From: Candidatus Aenigmatarchaeota archaeon
GTDB taxonomy: Archaea > Aenigmatarchaeota > Aenigmatarchaeia > CG10238-14 > SCSR01
Direction: 5' to 3'
Length of the DNA stretch: 64,000 nucleotides
Assembly (NCBI GenBank): GCA_016198705.1
Contig: JACQIA010000066.1
Location: 3,610-67,609 of the forward strand
Part shown: positions 46,309 to 54,767 of the stretch, piece by piece
Numbering within the stretch: the first letter of the stretch is position 1
Layout: every line of letters begins with the position of its first letter
Notes under the pieces: model-generated
Seen by the model: only the letters and a program-made list of their open reading frames with translations
Database searches by the model: none
Told to the model about the DNA's origin: nothing
Made by a program: the position numbers and the translations under genes

Positions 46309-47601
46309 TTACTTCTTTTTGAGCTTCAGTTTATCAACTTTGGCAATTTTCCTAATAGGATAGCTTATCGGGTTTTTTATGCCTTGTGTATGCAATTCAC
46401 TGCACAAATCATACACGTCCATACTTTTGTAGAAATTTTCATTTTCACAATTTGGCGGAGCCAAAATTCTATCGGCTTGCCTAAAATGCCATCTCAACTG
46501 TGATCGCAAATAGTTTGCTCTTAACGGGGGATAGTTCTTCTCGTTCCATTCAAAAATCCTCTTTTCTATATTCTCAGCATCCCATCCCATGTTTCTCAGG
46601 AAATTTATCAGAATGAATAGCGAACGTTTTTTGCCATCTGCCATACCCTCCAAAATTCTTTTTATGCAGGGAGGAAAGTACATTTCTGGTATTAATTTGA
46701 CACGCTTAAATTGCCTTATTTTTAGCAATTCTCCCCTTTCTTCGATCATGTGTTTTGAGGCCCAGTCTAGAGCTTCTACAACCAAAAATTGCGCATCACC
46801 CTTCGCTTTTGGTATTAAAAATTTCTCCTCAACTTTCACTTTTTCCGGCAAGGCCTGTTCTTTTTCAAATTTATCTATATCTTCCGGCTTCATCGGCAAA
46901 CTGACCAGCAAAGAAGATTCGTGCAGCGAATAGGGAAGCCTGAAAAGGTGCCTGCTCTTAAAAATATCCATATTAACAATTTTGAAAGGGTCTATTTCAT
47001 CGTCTTTAATTATTTCGTTTAATGTCTTTCCAATTCTTCCAGCCAAATTTTCAGGGCTGTCTAATGCAATCAATTCGTCTTTTAGCATATCTTTCATATA
47101 CCACTTTATAAAAATCGTAATTTTTTCTTGCAGATCTGGATAAAGTTTCTGCATTGGCTGGTAATTAATTGTTTCGGGCAAAGCTTCGAAGGGAATTCCT
47201 ATATGGAAGCCTTTTCCGCCAGAAAATTTCAAAGAATAATTTCTAACGCCATAGTCTTTGAGCGCTTCAACAACTGTTTTTGTGACAATTTTTGCAATTT
47301 CAAAATCCTTGACATCAGGATCGAAAAAAACACTCCAGCCTGTCCTGATATTATCCAATTGCTCTTTCGCCATCCCTACTTCCAATTTCATAGGGTTGGA
47401 CCATTGTTCGATGCTGCCATGGAAAGCTATAGTCCCTTCAGACACAGCTTGTAGAATATCAGCTGGATATTGCAGCATGTCAGGCCTTTTACCAAAGGTT
47501 ACGTCCTTGTATACAGAAACGACTTCCCTGTTATTTGCTACTTCTATTATAGCCTTTTTTACAGATTCTTTAGAATACCAATTGTAAGCCTTTTGTAGCA
47601 T
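46309..47601 (-). CDS. priS: DNA primase small (catalytic) subunit PriS
   Basis: WSVFFDPDVKD (catalytic Asp pair) and KFSGGKGFHIGIP (SGxRG/KGxH motif) typical of archaeo-eukaryotic primase. Confidence 0.75.
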   Translation of the reverse strand: MLQKAYNWYSKESVKKAIIEVANNREVVSVYKDVTFGKRPDMLQYPADILQAVSEGTIAFHGSIEQWSNPMKLEVGMAKEQLDNIRTGWSVFFDPDVKDFEIAKIVTKTVVEALKDYGVRNYSLKFSGGKGFHIGIPFEALPETINYQPMQKLYPDLQEKITIFIKWYMKDMLKDELIALDSPENLAGRIGKTLNEIIKDDEIDPFKIVNMDIFKSRHLFRLPYSLHESSLLVSLPMKPEDIDKFEKEQALPEKVKVEEKFLIPKAKGDAQFLVVEALDWASKHMIEERGELLKIRQFKRVKLIPEMYFPPCIKRILEGMADGKKRSLFILINFLRNMGWDAENIEKRIFEWNEKNYPPLRANYLRSQLRWHFRQADRILAPPNCENENFYKSMDVYDLCSELHTQGIKNPISYPIRKIAKVDKLKLKKK

Positions 47602-47660
47602 AAAGTTCCATGAGAAGCAAAGCTCCTCAACAATAATAATAATCTAAAGGTATATAAATT

Positions 47661-48329
47661 CTAAGAAAACGCAGATTGTTCTTTCTTTCGTGGCATTAGC
47701 CTTCTTATTTCAAAAATGCCAAATATCTTTTTAATCCTGCTAACAATCAATTCCAAATTGGTCTCCGGATAATAATAATTGATGGCATCTACAGCCCATT
47801 TACCTTTTTTAGTAACGAAAAAATAAGCTTCCCTTGCCAGCTTGAAAGATTTTACCAATCCAGCTTTCTCCAACTGTTTTAAATGATATCTGGTTCTTGG
47901 TGCGTTATCATTGATTTCATTAGATATTGCTGACACGTATTTTTTCTCTTTCTCCAATGACCTGAGTATTTTACGTTTTTTGCTGTCTTTTAACAAATTA
48001 CTGATTTCTAAAGGGGCTTCCTTAATTTCTATTATTTTCTGCCCATAATTTCTTCGTTTGGTAAAGAGCTTTAGAAAATAAAATGCTAGAAATAGCACTA
48101 TCAGATATGGGAGGCTAAAATTCAAAATAACAATTACTTCTGCTGGAATACTACTATGGAAGGGCATATCATTAATTATGTTAAACCTTTTATAAACTTT
48201 TAAAATGTTTTTAACATTACTTTTAATTATTATTAATTCATTGAATGAAAGTTGCCTTAAAAAGCCTTTCCCAAGGTTTTTTGGAGGTGTAAGTATGGGA
48301 TACGACAACCCACCTAAGACTTTCGACAA
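47661..48329 (-). CDS. membrane-associated winged-helix (ArsR/PadR-like) protein
   Basis: One or two N-terminal TM segments. C-terminal KRKILRSLEKEKKYVSAISNEINDNAPRTRYHLKQLEKAGLVKS wHTH pattern. Confidence 0.45.
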   Translation of the reverse strand: MSKVLGGLSYPILTPPKNLGKGFLRQLSFNELIIIKSNVKNILKVYKRFNIINDMPFHSSIPAEVIVILNFSLPYLIVLFLAFYFLKLFTKRRNYGQKIIEIKEAPLEISNLLKDSKKRKILRSLEKEKKYVSAISNEINDNAPRTRYHLKQLEKAGLVKSFKLAREAYFFVTKKGKWAVDAINYYYPETNLELIVSRIKKIFGIFEIRRLMPRKKEQSAFS

Positions 48330-48370
48330 TCCGCCGGCATGAACGGTCTAGTAAAGGGGGCCCCTCCCTT

Positions 48371-48571
48371 TTATTTTCTTTTCCACTTAATTCCTTTTTT
48401 AGTATCTTCTAGAATAATGTCAAATTCCTCTTTCAATCTATTTCTAATCTCATCTGCAGTTTTGTAATCGCCTTCTGCTCTTGCCTTTTCTCTCCTTTCA
48501 ATTAAATCCTTCACTTCTCCCGATAATTTTTCCTTTTTAATTTTTGGAATAATTTGAAAAAATTGTCCCAA
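48371..48571 (-). pseudogene. cysS: cysteinyl-tRNA synthetase C-terminal fragment (separated from the body by an in-frame TAG)
   Basis: KTADEIRNRLKEEFDIILEDTKKGIKWKRK matches the CysRS C-terminal helical/anticodon-binding end. Same frame as 48599..49807. Begins with TTG. Confidence 0.6.
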
Positions 48572-48598
48572 CTCTTCTAATGAACACTTTGCAGTTAT

Positions 48599-49807
48599 CT
48601 AGTCCTTTTTAGAATATTTATTCACATCAATTTGTTTATTTATAAAAGAAATAATCTCAAAAAAATGTGTCAGTGCTAGTGGTGTGTTGATATCATCTTG
48701 CATTGCATCCAAGAATTTCTTCTCCATTTTTTTTAATTTTGTCAAAAAAACTGGTTTACCACTCTCCGCCCTTTTTAAATTATCTTTAATTCTTTCCAAA
48801 GTATCAGAAATTTTGTTCAGCTTCTTTTTTGCAACATCCAAATCCCTTTCATTGTAATCCAATGGTTTTCTATAATGTGTTGAAGCAATCCATAATCTAA
48901 AAACCTCTGGCGAATATTTTTCCAGCGCATCCGCTAGGCGTACGAAATTGCCAAGCGACTTAGCCATCTTTTGCTTGTTGATTGTTAATAATCCAGTGTG
49001 GACCCAGTATTTGACATAAGGTTTAATCCCAGTTGTAGCTTCTGCCTGTGCTATCTCGGCTTCGTGATGCGGAAATGCCAGTTCTATCGCACCACCATGT
49101 ATGTCATACTGTTTACCAAGATGCTTTATTGCAATCGCCGTATCCTCAATATGCCAGCCAGGATATCCCCATTCGCACCAAGGCGAATTCCATCTTAAGA
49201 TATGCTCTGGCGAAGCTTTGATCCATAGTGCAAAGTCATGCGGGTCGGTCTTATCCGTATTAAGTTCAACTCTTGCACCCGGCCTTAATTCCTTTGGAAC
49301 CTTCTTTGATAATTTACCATAATCCTTGAATTTAGAAACATCGAAATACACCGAATCATTTGCGATATACGCATATCCATTTTTCAAAATTGTTTGAACT
49401 TGGCCTATTATTTCTTTAATGTGATCTGTTGCACGTGGCAATAAATCCGGCTTCTGCAATTTAAACTTTTCCATCATTTCCAACCAATGGTTAAGATAAA
49501 AATTTGTTATTTCCAAAGGATCTTTGCTTTCTTCCTTAGCTTTTTTGATTATCTTATCTTCTCCTGTATCTTCTGTCAAATGCCCCACGTCAGTAACATT
49601 TTGTAAGTAAGCCACTTTGTAATCAAGATATCTAAGAAATCTAACTAGAGTATCATAAAATGCATAAGTCCTAGCGTGGCCTAAATGCGCGTAATCATAA
49701 ACAGTTACACCACAAACAAAAATTTTAACATACTTATCTTTCAATGGTTTAAATGTTTCCTTCTTCTTTGTCATTGTGTTAAACAATCTTAACATCAGAA
49801 ACACCAC
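48599..49807 (-). CDS. cysS: cysteinyl-tRNA synthetase, catalytic body (ends at in-frame TAG)
   Basis: VCGVTVYDYAHLGHARTY (HIGH), zinc ligands, KMAKSLGN (KMSKS). Stop TAG at 48599-48601 is followed by 9 sense codons (ITAKCSLEE) and then the C-terminal fragment. Confidence 0.8.
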   Translation of the reverse strand: MVFLMLRLFNTMTKKKETFKPLKDKYVKIFVCGVTVYDYAHLGHARTYAFYDTLVRFLRYLDYKVAYLQNVTDVGHLTEDTGEDKIIKKAKEESKDPLEITNFYLNHWLEMMEKFKLQKPDLLPRATDHIKEIIGQVQTILKNGYAYIANDSVYFDVSKFKDYGKLSKKVPKELRPGARVELNTDKTDPHDFALWIKASPEHILRWNSPWCEWGYPGWHIEDTAIAIKHLGKQYDIHGGAIELAFPHHEAEIAQAEATTGIKPYVKYWVHTGLLTINKQKMAKSLGNFVRLADALEKYSPEVFRLWIASTHYRKPLDYNERDLDVAKKKLNKISDTLERIKDNLKRAESGKPVFLTKLKKMEKKFLDAMQDDINTPLALTHFFEIISFINKQIDVNKYSKKD

Positions 49808-50907
49808 TTTCTTATTAAATTTTCAAAAATATACCTACTTTTCCTTAATTCATCAATCTTCACATACTCGTTATCAGAATGCGCAGTCTCATTGGCAACT
49901 CCTATTGCAATACACTCCATCCCCAACTTCCTGTGGTAAAGTTCCATTTCCGTATACCCAGACAACTTCCCAATCTTCAAGTTGCTTATGCTTTGAAGAA
50001 GCTTAACCAATTTAGAATCTTTTGGGGTTTTTATGGCAACTCTAGACTCCCCGAGCATTTCAAAATCTCCCCCCACTTTTGTATCTAATTTTAGTTTAAT
50101 CAAAATTTTTCTGAACTGGTTTATAGCATATTCGATACTTTCACCATGAGTTAATCTTCTGTCTATTGAAACTTCGCAATAACTGGGAACAATGTTAACC
50201 TTTGTACCGCCAACTATTTTGCCTATATTGATGCTACCTCTCCCTAAGAATTCATCGTTTTTCTTTGTCAAATCATCTTTCAACCTCTCAACTTCTGCAA
50301 TAAACTTTGCCGCTTTCGTGATTGCGTTCACTCCCAATTCAGGATACGCGCCATGTGCAGCCTTTCCCTTGAAAACAAACTTCAGATGAAGCACACCCTT
50401 TTGTACAATCTTAATCTCAAAATCAGAATCAGATACAACACCATATTTGACGTCTTTGAACAAATCTTTCCTGTTGTTTATCAAATAGTTAGAACCACCA
50501 AACCCAACCTCTTCATCTCCAACTAATGTAATAAGTAGCTTCCTTTTGAATTTTTCCTTCGAGAATTTCTGTAGTGATGATAAGATAACAGCTACATTTC
50601 CCTTGCTATCACAACTTCCCCTGCCATGTAGTTTCCCATCAACTATCCTTGCTTCGAACGGGTCGTATTTCCAATTTTCCACTTTACCTACAGGAACTGT
50701 ATCAATATGGCTGTTCAACATCAACCCCCCATCATTTCCTGCTGATGCAACTACATTATATCTATTTTCACCAAATTCAACCAACTCTGCATCAACTTTC
50801 AAATCATTCAAATAATCAAAAACATACTTGGCTATCGACTTCTCATTGCCTGGAGGATTTTCGGAATTTATCCTTACCAATTCCTGCGTCAACTCTACTT
50901 CATCCAT
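49795..50907 (-). CDS. M20-family metallopeptidase / deacylase (ArgE/DapE-like)
   Basis: LNSHIDTVP, GRGSCDSKGN and GDEE(V)G metal-binding motifs; 370 aa. Confidence 0.7.
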   Translation of the reverse strand: MDEVELTQELVRINSENPPGNEKSIAKYVFDYLNDLKVDAELVEFGENRYNVVASAGNDGGLMLNSHIDTVPVGKVENWKYDPFEARIVDGKLHGRGSCDSKGNVAVILSSLQKFSKEKFKRKLLITLVGDEEVGFGGSNYLINNRKDLFKDVKYGVVSDSDFEIKIVQKGVLHLKFVFKGKAAHGAYPELGVNAITKAAKFIAEVERLKDDLTKKNDEFLGRGSINIGKIVGGTKVNIVPSYCEVSIDRRLTHGESIEYAINQFRKILIKLKLDTKVGGDFEMLGESRVAIKTPKDSKLVKLLQSISNLKIGKLSGYTEMELYHRKLGMECIAIGVANETAHSDNEYVKIDELRKSRYIFENLIRKWCF

Positions 50908-50911
50908 TTTA

Positions 50912-51400
50912 TCACCAAATTTTTGGAATCCATATCGGCACTTTCTTTTTATATTCTAGATAGCTCTTCCCATAAGTTTTCTCTAGCTTTCTTTCTTCCC
51001 AAACAACAACGCCAAAGTGGACTGCAGCCATGAAAACCGGTATAATTATAAACAATGCCAGCAGATTTGTGAATATCGCAACCCCTGCTATCATCACAGC
51101 CCATGAAAAATAAATCGGATTTCTTGTGTACTGGAAAGGACCTGTAGTAATCAATCCCTTTGGCGGCTTCCAAGGCATTGGAGTTCCTTTGGCCTTAAGA
51201 AATTCTCTGACTGTGTAAACATCCAAAAATATTCCTAATGTTGCAATAGCTAACCCAATCAAGTTTGAAGGATAAGTGAAAAAATTTGGTAGATGCAAGT
51301 AGGAATCCAGATAAACGGCTAAGTAATAGGGTAGAATTAAAATGAATAAAAGAATGAAAACAGGGCGCAAAAGGAATAATTCTATATTTGTTGATATCAT
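50912..51400 (-). CDS. isoprenylcysteine carboxyl methyltransferase (ICMT/PEMT-like) family membrane protein
   Basis: TGPFQYTRNPIYFSW and C-terminal VVWEERKLEKTYGKSYLEYKKKVP match the ICMT family signature. Confidence 0.65.
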   Translation of the reverse strand: MISTNIELFLLRPVFILLFILILPYYLAVYLDSYLHLPNFFTYPSNLIGLAIATLGIFLDVYTVREFLKAKGTPMPWKPPKGLITTGPFQYTRNPIYFSWAVMIAGVAIFTNLLALFIIIPVFMAAVHFGVVVWEERKLEKTYGKSYLEYKKKVPIWIPKIW

Positions 51401-51412
51401 TCCATCACTATT

Positions 51413-51691
51413 TTATAACCCAAAAATTTTCTTAACTACACTCTCTTCGTCTTTGTATTTTTGATAGAATTTTAGCGCAGATTGGTAAAGTTTGTAATTG
51501 CCATGGGGAAGCAGTTCCCATGCAAAGAATTGGAATTTCTTGTGCCAAAGTAGTTTGAAAACAAGGTAGTTCTTCTTCGATTCGCCAAATCTGTTCGCTT
51601 TATTTACGTCTTCAAACATTCTAGAATAGATTTTTTTCGTATCTTTTGTTATCCATACTACTTTGATAGTACCTTTTTCTATGGCTGGCAT
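51413..51691 (-). CDS. hypothetical protein (92 aa)
   Basis: Intact ORF, basic/aromatic-rich, no motif. Confidence 0.3.
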   Translation of the reverse strand: MPAIEKGTIKVVWITKDTKKIYSRMFEDVNKANRFGESKKNYLVFKLLWHKKFQFFAWELLPHGNYKLYQSALKFYQKYKDEESVVKKIFGL

Positions 51692-51709
51692 TAAATCACA
51701 AATTTAAAG

Positions 51710-51784
51710 AGCTCAGGGTGGGATTTGAACCCACAATCAACCGCTCTGCAGGCGGTGGCCTTAACCGGATTCGGCAACCTGAGC
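51710..51784 (-). tRNA. tRNA-Cys(GCA)
   Basis: Acceptor GCUCAGG/CCUGAGC with discriminator U73 (the Cys identity element); anticodon stem ACCGC/GCGGU with loop CUGCAGA; T-arm GUGGG-UUCAAAU-CCCAC. No intron. Confidence 0.75.
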
Positions 51785-52062
51785 ATTAATAATTATTTGT
51801 TATTCTAAGATACTTTATTACCTTATTTTTTCTAAGCAAAGAAAATCTAAAAAAGCTTACGCCACTTTTTCAATTAGAACTCTTGTAGCGTTATAAGGCA
51901 CACGTTCTAGTTCTAAAAGATAAATAATAGGTGTAGATCTGTTGGACGAAATTTCATTATATAAAATAGTAAGGTCATGACAAATTTCACGCCATCTGTG
52001 TCTTGTGTTCTGGTTATATTGCCTTGACACTTTTAATGTATTATTCTTTGGTATTAAAAAAC

Positions 52063-52332
52063 TTATTTCTTCTTAACTTCCTTCTTCAGCTTCAACAGTT
52101 TTATCTTAAACCCACACTTGTTGCATTGCAGGGCAAACTTCTTGTTAGCACCAGTACCAGTTACAAATGGTTCTCCCCACACTTCCTTCCTCTTTTCATC
52201 ATTTTTGCATTCAGGACATGTCAAGTCTATAGTGGCGTTGGTTTCTTCTTTCAATTTTGAAATCCTAATCTTGCCTGTATTTTGGCCAGAAGAGTTTTCC
52301 AACTCCCTTGTTGTTATATATTCTAAAGCCAT
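52063..52332 (-). CDS. zinc-ribbon protein (89 aa), unknown
   Basis: CPECK...CNKCG ribbon with a Lys-rich tail. Directly downstream of rpl40e. Confidence 0.4.
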   Translation of the reverse strand: MALEYITTRELENSSGQNTGKIRISKLKEETNATIDLTCPECKNDEKRKEVWGEPFVTGTGANKKFALQCNKCGFKIKLLKLKKEVKKK

Positions 52333-52336
52333 ATCA

Positions 52337-52507
52337 TCACAAAGGTCTTTTTTTAGGTCTTAAAGCCCTACTACCGCAATTACGACATTTAACCTTTCCA
52401 GCCCTGACCTTTGCAGGATCAGCCCTAATCTTGCTTTTGCATACCCTGCAGACAAAAACTCTCAGATACAATCGAGCCAACGCTTCCGGGAAAGTTTTCT
52501 TAACCAT
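52337..52507 (-). CDS. rpl40e: 50S ribosomal protein L40e
   Basis: Not in the ORF track (under 60 aa). Minus-strand translation gives MVKKTFPEALARLYLRVFVCRVCKSKIRADPAKVRAGKVKCRNCGSRALRPKKRPL*, a typical L40e zinc ribbon. Confidence 0.75.
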   Translation of the reverse strand: MVKKTFPEALARLYLRVFVCRVCKSKIRADPAKVRAGKVKCRNCGSRALRPKKRPL

Positions 52508-52562
52508 AAATTATCTAATGTTTCTATTTGACAAACTAGCTTTATAAAAGATTGCCCACCAC

Positions 52563-52841
52563 TTGACAAACAACTTTAAATATGTTTCTTTTGAAATTAA
52601 AAAATGGTGTAGTATGATCCGATACAACAGATTAAATGGCCTACAGCTAGCAATTCTTATAGAGCTAGAAGATGCAGTAAAAAGAGTACACATATCACCA
52701 GAAAAACTACCCCCACAAGAAAGAAAATTTGGTATAGCATACTGGCTGGGACGATGTGATGAAAGAGATTTAAGTAATCATCCATATGTTCAAAAAACAC
52801 GAAAGTTATACAAAAGTCATTTACAACGACAATCCATATAA
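52563..52841 (+). CDS. hypothetical protein (92 aa)
   Basis: Intact ORF; no motif. Confidence 0.25.
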   Translation: MTNNFKYVSFEIKKWCSMIRYNRLNGLQLAILIELEDAVKRVHISPEKLPPQERKFGIAYWLGRCDERDLSNHPYVQKTRKLYKSHLQRQSI

Positions 52842-52925
52842 AAACGTGAAATAAAAAGTAGCTGAAATCGCAAAATTTTTAAGCAATCTTTAAATATTAA
52901 TTTACCTACCATACTTTTCGGTATA

Positions 52926-53507
52926 ATGCTTAAATCCGAGATAAGAATACTTGGTTTTGATGACGGTCCTTTTGAAACTAAAACGAAGGCCACCACTCCT
53001 GTAATTGGTGTTATCTATAGAGGCGGCAAGTTCTTAGACGGCATATTGCGAACAGATGTAGAGGTTGACGGGTTGGATTCTACAGGAAAATTGGCAAAGC
53101 TTATTAACTCCAGCAGACATAAACAACAGTTAAAAGTAGTGATGCTGGACGGCATTACAGTAGGCGGTTTTAACATAATCGACATCGTGCAATTGCACAA
53201 GAATACAAATATTCCTGTGATAGTTTTCAACAGAAAACACCCAGACCTGACTGCTGTAAAAAATGCCTTAAACAATTTTCATGATTTCGACATAAGATGG
53301 AAGATGGTAAAGAATGCAGGGAAGATCAAAGAATGCGAGCTGGATGACAGCAAGAAAATTTATTATCAATCTATAGGCATGTCAGATGAAGATGTTGAAG
53401 AGACTTTGCTTTTAAGCTCTACGCATGGCGATATACCAGAACCTCTTAGAGTAGCCCACTTAATCGCAACAGCAATAGTAAAAGGGGAGTCTTATGGACG
53501 CGCGTAA
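52926..53507 (+). CDS. DUF99/UPF0215-family protein (archaeal, RNase H/EndoV-like fold)
   Basis: IRILGFDDGPF N-terminus and about 190 aa size match the archaeal DUF99 family. Confidence 0.5.
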   Translation: MLKSEIRILGFDDGPFETKTKATTPVIGVIYRGGKFLDGILRTDVEVDGLDSTGKLAKLINSSRHKQQLKVVMLDGITVGGFNIIDIVQLHKNTNIPVIVFNRKHPDLTAVKNALNNFHDFDIRWKMVKNAGKIKECELDDSKKIYYQSIGMSDEDVEETLLLSSTHGDIPEPLRVAHLIATAIVKGESYGRA

Positions 53508-54027
53508 GCTTTGGAAAAAGCTGAACGAAGGATGGATTGGCATCCTGTTTTCCATATTTCTAGGAATAGTTTTTGCTACGTTTTTCTATTATGTAGTTTT
53601 AGCCACAGCTTTCCAGACTACTTTGCCGGTAGTTGCTGTCGTCTCATCATCTATGGAGCACAGGAATCCAGAGTTAACCCATTACAGCTGGTTGAACAAG
53701 GCTTTCAATTACGATAGAAAAACCATAGATTCTTGGCCTGTTCCAAACGGCTTTTTAATAGGCGATATGCCTGTGGTGCAAGGAACTAGCGAATACAGTG
53801 TAGGTGATGTTGTAGTATACCGGGTGCAGGAGCAGCCAGCTCCCATAATCCATAGAATAATAAAGATTAATGGAGACGGGACTTACCAGACCAAAGGCGA
53901 TAACAACTTGAGCCAGTTGTCATACGAACTTTCGGTAAAAAAAGAACAAGTATACGGCAAGGTAATCTTTATAATCCCTAAACTAGGATATGTAAAGGTA
54001 TTAGCTGCTCAAATCTTTGGGATTTAG
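53494..54027 (+). CDS. signal peptidase I (archaeal Sec11/S26B type)
   Basis: N-terminal TM followed by VVSSSMEH (variant of the conserved SGSMEP catalytic-Ser box). 177 aa. Confidence 0.6.
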   Translation: MDARKLWKKLNEGWIGILFSIFLGIVFATFFYYVVLATAFQTTLPVVAVVSSSMEHRNPELTHYSWLNKAFNYDRKTIDSWPVPNGFLIGDMPVVQGTSEYSVGDVVVYRVQEQPAPIIHRIIKINGDGTYQTKGDNNLSQLSYELSVKKEQVYGKVIFIIPKLGYVKVLAAQIFGI

Positions 54028-54028
54028 T

Positions 54029-54361
54029 ATGATTAAATTTTGTTCAAAATGCGGCAATTTGTTGGTTGTAGAAAGAAAAGGCAAAAAGACATTTTTAGTT
54101 TGCAAGACAGGGCATAAACAAACCAAATTAAAGCGCGAAAAGATTCTGATATCAGAGCACATTACCGACCATAAAAGAGGTGTGGTGGTTATGGGCAAGG
54201 ACGAAGGTATAGCTGAGTTGCCTAAGACAAAAATTATGTGTCCGAAATGCGATCATATGGAAGCACACTGGTGGATGCAACAGACAAGAACTGCTGATGA
54301 GCCGCCTACATTGTTCTATAGATGTATCAAGTGCAATTATAGTTGGAGAAGTTACGGTTAA
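54029..54361 (+). CDS. tfs: transcription factor S / RNA polymerase subunit M (TFIIS-type zinc ribbon)
   Basis: N-terminal FCSKCGN...C ribbon and C-terminal CPKCDHMEAHWWMQQTRTADEPPTLFYRCIKCNYSWR (TFIIS C-ribbon). Confidence 0.8.
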   Translation: MIKFCSKCGNLLVVERKGKKTFLVCKTGHKQTKLKREKILISEHITDHKRGVVVMGKDEGIAELPKTKIMCPKCDHMEAHWWMQQTRTADEPPTLFYRCIKCNYSWRSYG

Positions 54362-54446
54362 CTTCAAAACCAAAATTTAAAACTTTTAAGCTTTGATTCC
54401 TCAATCATTTTTAACTTGATTAGTGCTAAAACTCTGAGGCAAAATA

Positions 54447-54767
54447 ATGACAGAAGATTCGTTAGAGAAAGTCAAAGAAACAGAAAATCGAGCAGCCAAT
54501 ATTATAGAAGAGGCTAACCAAGAGAAGGAAAAAATAATTGCAGATGCCAAGAAAAAAGCGTTGGATATAACGGAAGAAGCCGAGGCGGATGCAATGAAAG
54601 AAAGGGGAAAACTGCTCGAAAGAATAAAAAAATCAATTGATGAAGAAAAGCAGGAAACCCAAGAAGCCATGGAGTACACTATTAAGAAACTAAAAATGGA
54701 TTCTAAGGCCAAAATTTCAAAAGAAGTTGCCTTTCTATACCAGAAATTCCTCGAGGCGATAGGATGA
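54447..54767 (+). CDS. atpH: A-type ATP synthase subunit H
   Basis: 106 aa charged coiled-coil protein at the head of the atp operon. Confidence 0.65.
   Translation: MTEDSLEKVKETENRAANIIEEANQEKEKIIADAKKKALDITEEAEADAMKERGKLLERIKKSIDEEKQETQEAMEYTIKKLKMDSKAKISKEVAFLYQKFLEAIG

Noticed and set aside
48599-48601. In-frame TAG in cysS as a pyrrolysine or other recoded sense codon
   Set aside because: TAG is a genuine terminator for atpK (56799-56801) and rpl24 within this window, and no pyl genes are visible. Pseudogenisation or sequencing error is more parsimonious, but this cannot be excluded from the window alone.
52308-52547. 79-aa plus-strand ORF
   Set aside because: Exactly antisense to the clear rpl40e coding sequence.
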